Shown piece after piece: positions 57,060 to 64,000 of a DNA stretch of 64,000 nucleotides; position 1 is the stretch's first letter, and every line of letters begins with the position of its first letter. This DNA comes from a virus. Its lineage: Duplodnaviria > Caudoviricetes. A program made the position numbers and the translations under genes. Under the pieces are notes generated by a model. That model was given only the letters and a program-made list of their open reading frames with translations, was not told where the DNA came from and did not search any database. The stretch lies in the IMG/VR virus record IMGVR_UViG_3300048572_000043, positions 1-64,000 of that record. One strand, 5' to 3'.

Positions 57060-57895
57060 ATAATCAAGATGTATTAAAAACAATTTTTCCTAATCCAGAG
57101 GATGTATTTAAAGTGTTTCATATTGACTTTAAGACTGGGAAAATATATAGAAAAGATTTTTGGGACAGAGGTATTCCTAAAGAAGTTGGTAGACCAACAT
57201 CAAATAAAGATTATAGAAGGGTAAATGTAAATTGCCCTCACCTAGCTCATATCTACAAAAGAGGTTATGTGGATGTTTCGGTTCATAGATTAATATATTA
57301 TGCTCATACTGGCGAATTACCAGAAAAGGTAGACCACAAGCAAAAAGGCATTGAATATCCAGACGCAATTTCTAATTTAACCGCATCCGATTCAGTCCAT
57401 AATAGATGGAATACAAAAAAAACAAATAGAAAAAGATTGCCACCAGAACAAAGAGTATATAACAAGCCTTCTGCTTTCAGAGAAAGAACCTTAAAACAAC
57501 ATAGAGGTGTTTATTTTGCTTATAAATATTATTGGGCTTTATTTGGTAAGAAAATGATAAATGAAAATGGATTCGTTCACCCAATACTTGCTGTGAATTG
57601 CAGAAATGAATATTTAAAAAAAGAATTTATTAAAATGTATGGTTCTTTAGATAATTTTCCAGAAAACGCCTTAGACATTATAGACGAACAAGAATTATTT
57701 CTAGAGCAAATGACTCAAGAGGCAGTAGAAAAAACTGAAGATTATAAATTAAAACAAGAAAAAATAAAACAACAAAAGCAAAAAAAATCAGATATGGCAT
57801 CTGAAAGAAAATTAAAAAAACAAAAACTACAAAATAAAATATCAATTAAAGTTGTAGATGACCCATTTGATTGCATAGGTAAATATGACTCATAA
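57056..57895 (+). CDS. HNH homing endonuclease-like protein
   Basis: VHRLIY...VDH...ISNL...N..N. Confidence 0.75.
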   Translation: MNNQDVLKTIFPNPEDVFKVFHIDFKTGKIYRKDFWDRGIPKEVGRPTSNKDYRRVNVNCPHLAHIYKRGYVDVSVHRLIYYAHTGELPEKVDHKQKGIEYPDAISNLTASDSVHNRWNTKKTNRKRLPPEQRVYNKPSAFRERTLKQHRGVYFAYKYYWALFGKKMINENGFVHPILAVNCRNEYLKKEFIKMYGSLDNFPENALDIIDEQELFLEQMTQEAVEKTEDYKLKQEKIKQQKQKKSDMASERKLKKQKLQNKISIKVVDDPFDCIGKYDS

Positions 57896-57974
57896 GTTAT
57901 ATGAAATGTTTATTGTTATATTAGGTGTGATAGCTAATATCGTTCTTATTATAAATGCAATTCATCATTGGTAA
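57885..57974 (+). CDS. 29-aa hydrophobic peptide
   Basis: MTHKLYEMFIVILGVIANIVLIINAIHHW fills the gap before the next promoter. Confidence 0.4.
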   Translation: MTHKLYEMFIVILGVIANIVLIINAIHHW

Positions 57975-58012
57975 TATTTGACAATACTCTAAATAAGGAT
58001 ATAATATAGTAT

Positions 58013-58660
58013 ATGGGAATGTTTAATTATATTAAAGTCGAGCAAGATTTACCTCTTAATGATGAGTTAAAAGCTCTTAACATTGATTTTAAGAAAGAAG
58101 AATTTCAGACCAAAGAGATAGAAGATAACATATTAGCCACATACATTATCCGTGATTATAGGCTATTTGAATTAAAAGAGAATGGTCATTGGGAAGATAA
58201 TCCAGACTATGTAAAAGATGGCACTAGATTTGGTGAATTTTTTAATAAGAACAAATGGGTGAAAGATAACAAAGAAGAAGTATTTAGAGATGATTATACT
58301 GGAACATTTACTTTTGGAACTTATATTCTTGGTCAAGATAAAGAAAGCTATGATTGGTTTCCAGATTGGAAATGTGTTGTAGTCCAAGGTTTATTAACAG
58401 AAATATCTCTTGTTAAACCAGTTGATCGTAATTCATCTAAAGCTAGAATAGAATTAGATGAACAATTTAAAAAACAATTAGACGATCACGAAAGAAAAAT
58501 GAAGTGTCCAGTTTATAGTTTTTATTTTAAATATTATGTTAAGACTATGAATCTAGTTGAATGGAAACTTTCTATTGGTATAAATCATATCATAAGATTC
58601 TTGAATTGGTTACAATGGAATGGCATTAGAAAAGTTATAAGGATTTTAACACCAAGATGA
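58013..58660 (+). CDS. hypothetical phage protein
   Basis: MGMFNYI..EFQTK ORF after a TTGACA promoter. Confidence 0.7.
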   Translation: MGMFNYIKVEQDLPLNDELKALNIDFKKEEFQTKEIEDNILATYIIRDYRLFELKENGHWEDNPDYVKDGTRFGEFFNKNKWVKDNKEEVFRDDYTGTFTFGTYILGQDKESYDWFPDWKCVVVQGLLTEISLVKPVDRNSSKARIELDEQFKKQLDDHERKMKCPVYSFYFKYYVKTMNLVEWKLSIGINHIIRFLNWLQWNGIRKVIRILTPR

Positions 58661-59319
58661 AAAAGAGCAAAAGAAATAAAAATACCTTTAAAAAGCTCTT
58701 TCCCACAAAAGAGATATTGCAAAAACATCTTTTTATTGACATAGAGAAACAAGAAATTACAAGACTTTCTACTGGAAATAGATTAACTTTGTTTTTAACT
58801 GGTAAAAAGGACAAGCAGTATTATACCATTAATTTTTGTTTAAAAGGAAAAACATATAGATTTTTAGTGCATCGTTTATTTTTTTATTGGCATTATGGAT
58901 ATTTGCCAGATCAAATAGATCACATAGACGGAAATGCTCTTAACAATAAAATTGATAACTTAAGAGAAACAAATGATTCTAATAATCAAAGGAACAAAGA
59001 AAAAAGTAAGATTAGACTTGGTAAAAAGACATCTTCTAAACATAAAAATGTAAGTTGGCACAAAGAATCAAACAAATGGAGAGCAAGACCTAGTCTCAAT
59101 AAGAAATTTTTTTCGTTAGGGCTATTCGACAATGAGGATGATGCTGGTGAAGCCGTGAATCAATTTTATATTAAAAATAATTTGATAGATTATACGCATT
59201 TTAATGACACTCCTCAACAAAGAGCAAGAAAAAATATTCAATTTGACAATTTGCCATCAGAAATGAATCATATTAAACATTTATTTTTAAATATTGAACC
59301 TTTGGTAGATTTTGAATGA
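58657..59319 (+). CDS. HNH endonuclease with AP2-like DNA-binding domain
   Basis: VHRL, IDHIDGNALNNKIDNLR, SSKHKNVSWH..KWRAR..LGLF. Confidence 0.88.
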   Translation: MKKSKRNKNTFKKLFPTKEILQKHLFIDIEKQEITRLSTGNRLTLFLTGKKDKQYYTINFCLKGKTYRFLVHRLFFYWHYGYLPDQIDHIDGNALNNKIDNLRETNDSNNQRNKEKSKIRLGKKTSSKHKNVSWHKESNKWRARPSLNKKFFSLGLFDNEDDAGEAVNQFYIKNNLIDYTHFNDTPQQRARKNIQFDNLPSEMNHIKHLFLNIEPLVDFE

Positions 59320-59507
59320 AGAAAAAACCTCATATTCTACAAGTCAAAGAGCAAGATGGATACCAATATATTGAGATACCAGATTCGTTAATGAAGAAAA
59401 TGGGATGGAAAATCGGTGATACGATTGATTGGCAAGATAACAAAGATGGTAGTTGGAGTTTATTGAAAGTTGCAAGTCCTTCTAAATCAAAAAAAAACAA
59501 AAATTGA
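59316..59507 (+). CDS. AbrB/MazE/SpoVT-family DNA-binding protein
   Basis: IEIPDSLMKKMGWKIGDTIDW. Confidence 0.8.
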   Translation: MKKKPHILQVKEQDGYQYIEIPDSLMKKMGWKIGDTIDWQDNKDGSWSLLKVASPSKSKKNKN

Positions 59508-59538
59508 CGAATTGGTTAGTCCAGTATATACTAGAAGT

Positions 59539-60651
59539 ATGAAGCTACCTACAATTTATAAAAAGACTAAAACTGGCAAAGTCCAAGAATGGACTATTGA
59601 AGTTAAAGGAAACCAATACCGCACAATTTCTGGTCAAACAGATGGCGAAAAGATTACTAATAATTGGAGCGATTGTGATATTAAAAATGCTGGCAGATCA
59701 AACGCCACAACTCCAGAAGAACAAGCAATCAAAGAAGCAGAAGCAAAACGCAAAAAGAAATTAGAATCTGGTTACTTTGAATCTATCAAAGATATTAATA
59801 AAACTCAATACTTTGAGCCAATGCTTGCACAAAAGTATGAAGATCACGAAATCGCTTATCCAGTTTATAGCCAACCCAAACTTGATGGTATTCGTTGTAT
59901 CGTAACTAAAGATGGAATGTTTAGCAGAAATGGTAAGAAGATTATTTCTGCACCACACATTCGCCAGAATCTAGATTTATTCTTTAAAGATTATCCTAAT
60001 GCAATTCTTGATGGTGAGTTATATTGTGATAAGTTTGCAAATGATTTTAATAAGATTTGTTCTCTTGTAAAAAGAACTAAACCTACTGATGAAGAACTAG
60101 AAGAAAGTGCAGATAGTATTCAGTATTGGGTTTATGATGCACCTAGAATTGGTTTATTAAATGAAAAAGATTTATTTTATGAGAGATATGAATTGGTTTC
60201 TAATGCTCTTACTAAAAGAAAATATAATAGCATTGTTGTTGTAACTACTCTTAAAGTAAATAATGAAAAAGAACTTACTGAATCCTACGAAATGTATGTG
60301 GAGAATGGTTATGAAGGTCAAATGGTTAGACTAAATAGACCTTATGAAAACAAGCGTAGCAAGTTTCTTCTTAAAAGAAAAGAGTTTATGGATGCCGAGT
60401 TTATTATCAAAGGAGTGAAAGAAGGCGAAGGCAACCGCAAGGGAACTGCTGGTTATATGGAATTTGCAAATGCTCAAGGTAGATATTTCAAGAGTAATAT
60501 CAAAGGCGATTTTGGTTATCTGAAAGAACTTTACAAACAAAGAAATCAATTAGTCGGCAAGAAAGCTACAATAAAATTCTTTAATTATACACCAGATGAA
60601 GTGCCAAGATTTCCCTATGTGATTGCTATTGACAGAGATAGCTACGAATAA
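59539..60651 (+). CDS. ATP-dependent DNA ligase
   Basis: PMLA, QPKLDGIR, SRNGK, LDGELY, EGQMVR, LLKRK, PRFP; start after TTGACG-N17-TATACT. Confidence 0.93.
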   Translation: MKLPTIYKKTKTGKVQEWTIEVKGNQYRTISGQTDGEKITNNWSDCDIKNAGRSNATTPEEQAIKEAEAKRKKKLESGYFESIKDINKTQYFEPMLAQKYEDHEIAYPVYSQPKLDGIRCIVTKDGMFSRNGKKIISAPHIRQNLDLFFKDYPNAILDGELYCDKFANDFNKICSLVKRTKPTDEELEESADSIQYWVYDAPRIGLLNEKDLFYERYELVSNALTKRKYNSIVVVTTLKVNNEKELTESYEMYVENGYEGQMVRLNRPYENKRSKFLLKRKEFMDAEFIIKGVKEGEGNRKGTAGYMEFANAQGRYFKSNIKGDFGYLKELYKQRNQLVGKKATIKFFNYTPDEVPRFPYVIAIDRDSYE

Positions 60652-60694
60652 AATATTATTTGACATCATTTTAAATTTAATTTATATTCAATAT

Positions 60695-62893
60695 ATGAAA
60701 TTACTAGAAAAACCAATCAATGTAGTCGAGTCCGATAGTTTTGAATCCGTAAGTTTCGGAATCAAGCAATCTGGACTTCCTTATATCTTTAACATCCTTC
60801 GCAATCAGTTGTATTCCAACAAACCTCTCGCAGTTTTGCGTGAGATTACTTGTAATGCACAAGACGCTAATATCGAAGCTAAAAGCAAGCGTCCGATTGA
60901 GATTAAACTTCCTACAAAGCTAGAGCCTACCTTAACTATCAGAGATTTTGGTAATGGTCTTTCTGCTGATGATATTAAGAATCTTTATTGTTATTATGGT
61001 GAATCTACCAAACGCAATAACAATTCTGCTATTGGATATTACGGCATTGGTAAATTCGCACCCTTCAGTTATGGTGATAACTTTGTTTTGATTTCTTATC
61101 ACGATGGCAAGAAAACTACTTACAATGCTTTTATTGATGAAACTAAAATTGGTAAGATCGTTAAGCTCAAGGATGAAAAATCTTCCGAGCCTACTGGCGT
61201 TTTGATTTCTGTGCCAATCAAAGAAGAAGATACAGAAACCTTTTTGTCTACTGCTCAAGAATTATTTAAGTATTTCAAGAACAAGCCAATTATCAAAGGT
61301 GCAAGAAAAGAAGATTTGTCAGAAATCTATGATCGCACACCAGTATTTAAAGGTAATGGTTGGGCTTATTATAATAACTCTAGCTATGGTAAAGAATCCG
61401 TTGCTATTATGGGAGTTGGTTATCCTATCGAAACTAGCGATGTGCAATTCAAAGAAGATTCTGATGAGCAAAGTATTTGCTCTCAAGGATTTGAAGTCGA
61501 GTTTGAACTTGGCGAACTGGATATTACTGCAAGCCGTGAGAATCTAGAATATACTGAAAAGACTAGAAAAGCTATTAGAGAAAAGTTTCGCAAGATTAAG
61601 AAGGAGATGGCAGAGTGCATCTCTCAACAATTCAAAGATTCTACAAACATCTATGATGCTAAAGCTCTTTATAATGAAGTCTTTGGAACTTATGGCAGTT
61701 TGGGTTACATTGTTCGTAATGCTTTGAGTAACAAAGTAACTTGGAATAGCAAAACTATTACTGATAATCATATTGATTTCAATGATAAGATTGCGAAGAT
61801 GATTGAGAATGGCAAATTGACTTCAAAGTTTTATCAGAAGTCTCGCAGAAGCACAAAATTAAATTCAGAGAATGAAGCAAAAAGGATTCTTTGTGAAAAG
61901 ACGCATAAAGTCCTAGTCAATGATACTGGTTCAGCTATGGGAGTAACTCATCGTCTTGCTACTCTTTGGAATGAATTAGGAGACAAGATTGATGGTGCTT
62001 ATGTATTTACATTCGTAGATCAAGCAACGAAAGATTCCTTTAATAAGGAAGTTGGTCTTGTTGATGAGAATTATTTGAATCTCTCTGATTATGAGAAGAT
62101 TACAATTCAGAAGATTAATTCTGGAACTAGCGTTGTAACCAGCAAGAATCCCAAACATTCCTCTCAAATCTTTAAGTTTAAGCGTAAAGATGCTACAAAT
62201 TGGGGAACAAATTCTAATAATTGGGAGACTATGGCTATGGATTTAGCTAATGATACCGCTATCTATGTAGAGATCAGCAACTTCCAAGCTCAAGGCAAAG
62301 AACACGAATTTAGAAATGGAACTCTAAAAGAAATTCTTGAGAAGTATGAAGAACTTACTGGCGAGAAACTTCCAGAAGTTTATGGAATCAAATCTAAAAC
62401 TTTTGAATCCAAGAAAAAGATTATTAATAAAAATAAAAATCTTACAAGCCTCTGGAAACATCTCGAAGATGGAATCCGAAATGAATATTCTAAACTATCA
62501 CAGCAAATCACAGACAAGAATCATTGGGATAAGCACAATAAAGAAGATAATAACTTTGCTAATCTTGTTCAAGATGTGCAGAAGAAAGATTTGCACGAAC
62601 TTATTGAAAAATCAAATTCAGAGTTTGCTCAATATTTGAGTGCGGTTATGTTCTATGCAAAATCGAACTTCAAGAAGGTTGGCGAAGCTCTTGAGTTTTT
62701 AAAATTGGCTGAAATTGATATTAAATTCGATCAAGTCAATCCAACTTATAATTTGGATACTCTATTAAAGAATGTTCAAAGTAGATATGAATTGCTAGAT
62801 GTATTCGTCCCTCATACTTATGGGTGGCATTATAATGAAAAGAAAGAAATGACAAAAATTGTAAATTACATAAATCTTATTGACAAAAACTAA
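60695..62893 (+). CDS. rIIA: rIIA-like protein (N-terminal GHKL ATPase)
   Basis: LYSN..AVLREI..NA.DA, IRDFGNGL, STK, IGYYGIG, ITASRE.L.Y. Confidence 0.85.
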   Translation: MKLLEKPINVVESDSFESVSFGIKQSGLPYIFNILRNQLYSNKPLAVLREITCNAQDANIEAKSKRPIEIKLPTKLEPTLTIRDFGNGLSADDIKNLYCYYGESTKRNNNSAIGYYGIGKFAPFSYGDNFVLISYHDGKKTTYNAFIDETKIGKIVKLKDEKSSEPTGVLISVPIKEEDTETFLSTAQELFKYFKNKPIIKGARKEDLSEIYDRTPVFKGNGWAYYNNSSYGKESVAIMGVGYPIETSDVQFKEDSDEQSICSQGFEVEFELGELDITASRENLEYTEKTRKAIREKFRKIKKEMAECISQQFKDSTNIYDAKALYNEVFGTYGSLGYIVRNALSNKVTWNSKTITDNHIDFNDKIAKMIENGKLTSKFYQKSRRSTKLNSENEAKRILCEKTHKVLVNDTGSAMGVTHRLATLWNELGDKIDGAYVFTFVDQATKDSFNKEVGLVDENYLNLSDYEKITIQKINSGTSVVTSKNPKHSSQIFKFKRKDATNWGTNSNNWETMAMDLANDTAIYVEISNFQAQGKEHEFRNGTLKEILEKYEELTGEKLPEVYGIKSKTFESKKKIINKNKNLTSLWKHLEDGIRNEYSKLSQQITDKNHWDKHNKEDNNFANLVQDVQKKDLHELIEKSNSEFAQYLSAVMFYAKSNFKKVGEALEFLKLAEIDIKFDQVNPTYNLDTLLKNVQSRYELLDVFVPHTYGWHYNEKKEMTKIVNYINLIDKN

Positions 62894-62915
62894 AAAAGGA
62901 GAGAAAATACAAAAA

Positions 62916-63824
62916 ATGAAAATACCATACATATTAACAGATCGTAGTCTTACCATCGTTCTTAACGATGAACCCAAGACTATCACTAGCGAAAATCCAG
63001 TTTGGAATGACGCTATCACCGCAATTAGACAAGGAAGATTTAGCGATCTTCCAGATATTCTAGACAAGAGCAAAGCTATTGCACGATTCTCTCACGGCAA
63101 GATTGAAGTGCGTGATGGTCTTGTGACTTATGCTGGCGAAGAAATTCATAATATTGTTGTAGATAGAATCTTAAACTTTATTAAGAATGGTTTGCCTTAT
63201 GAGCCTCTTGTCAAGTTTCTTGATAAGCTAATGGCAAATCCTTCTCGTAGAGCAGTTAATGAACTCTATAAATTCTTGGAGCATAAGAAAATGCCTCTCA
63301 CACCAGATGGCGATTTCCTTGCATACAAGAGTGTTAGATCAGATTTTACTGATTGGTATAGTGGCAAACATAATTTTGCTATCGGCCAAGTCCGTGAGAT
63401 GGCAAGGAATCAAGTTTGCGATAATGCAGATGTTGGTTGCTCTGCTGGTTATCACGCTGGGTCAGAAGAATATGCAAAGAGTTTCAATGGTGGTGGTAAT
63501 CTTGTGATAGTTAAGATTAATCCTGCTGATGTTGTATCTGTTCCAACAGATTGTGAATGTCAGAAACTTCGTGCATCTAAACTAGAAGTTGTTGCACTAT
63601 ATCGTAAATCTCTTGACAAAGAACTTTATGATATTGCTTATGGAAACTTTATTCACCCATATCGTCCAGAAGCTATCGAAGCTATGCAAGAAATGTATGA
63701 TGCAGACTCCGATGAGGATGAAGATGAGGATGATGATATTCCAGATTGGGGAACTGATGGCACACTTAAAGCTAATTATCACAATAAGCGTGACCCTCAT
63801 ACTGGAAGATTTATTAAGGGATAA
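62916..63824 (+). CDS. rIIB: rIIB-like protein
   Basis: NPS.RAV.ELYKFL, TPDGDFLAYK, CSAGYH, VKINPADVVSVP; follows rIIA. Confidence 0.85.
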   Translation: MKIPYILTDRSLTIVLNDEPKTITSENPVWNDAITAIRQGRFSDLPDILDKSKAIARFSHGKIEVRDGLVTYAGEEIHNIVVDRILNFIKNGLPYEPLVKFLDKLMANPSRRAVNELYKFLEHKKMPLTPDGDFLAYKSVRSDFTDWYSGKHNFAIGQVREMARNQVCDNADVGCSAGYHAGSEEYAKSFNGGGNLVIVKINPADVVSVPTDCECQKLRASKLEVVALYRKSLDKELYDIAYGNFIHPYRPEAIEAMQEMYDADSDEDEDEDDDIPDWGTDGTLKANYHNKRDPHTGRFIKG

Positions 63825-64000
63825 TGAAGTTAGGCTTGCACATTGATTGGTGCATAGGGAGATGGTTTGGTAGGAATAATAATCTTGAAATTAGATTTAC
63901 CCTACCGACCATCTCTCTCGGTTATAAAAATGAAGATGATAATAAATGGTTTGGATTTAAATTCAATTTAAGAACAGATATATCATTTGAATCATACGAA
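63824..64000 (+). CDS. hypothetical protein, truncated by the window end
   Basis: ATG overlaps the rIIB TAA; open to the window end (MKLGLHIDWCIGRWFGR...). Confidence 0.55.
   Translation, partial: MKLGLHIDWCIGRWFGRNNNLEIRFTLPTISLGYKNEDDNKWFGFKFNLRTDISFESYE

Noticed and set aside
3322-63846. Short overlapping or antisense ORFs in the track (e.g. 9674+, 14641+, 20076+, 35626-, 47235-, 60932-, 63589+)
   Set aside because: They lie within well-supported genes on another frame or strand and show no motifs; treated as shadow ORFs.
1-64000. Stop-codon reassignment
   Set aside because: Conserved genes are full length in the standard code, and TAG and TGA terminate genes at expected ends (e.g. nrdA ends in TAG, recA in TGA).
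1-64000. Bacterial chromosome or eukaryotic giant virus origin
   Set aside because: rIIA/rIIB, phage-type dNMP kinase, HNH endonucleases, compact overlaps and sigma70 promoters with tmRNA and DnaE point to a large bacteriophage; no ribosomal or NCLDV marker genes are seen.

Overview
AT-rich segment of a large (jumbo-type) dsDNA bacteriophage using the standard genetic code. No capsid or terminase genes are recognisable in the window. The left arm (minus strand) holds a replication and recombination module: a DnaE-type polymerase split over three genes, primase, DnaB, RecA, ThyX and a Cas4-like nuclease. It also holds an ~15 kb island of about 20 glycosyltransferase and sugar-modifying genes. 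The middle carries a tmRNA, a divergently transcribed ~330-nt structured ncRNA of no family I recognise, nucleotide-metabolism genes (purA, GMP reductase-like, dCMP deaminase, dNMP kinase, nrdAB), a phage sigma factor and two tRNAs, one being the very rare tRNA-Ser(ACU). The right arm has UvsE, two HNH endonucleases, an ATP-dependent DNA ligase and rIIA/rIIB. The most striking element is a dispersed family of seven Cys-rich paralogs with a conserved N-terminus (MPC..YP.YLK.ILK.I..GND..LK.CAC.L.SP...GC......GK.GAFP.C) and highly variable C-termini. Each has its own GTGTAW upstream motif, two are translationally coupled to small nucleotidyltransferase-like genes, and there is direct sequence evidence of recent cassette duplication. 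All product calls come from motif recognition by eye, not database searches.
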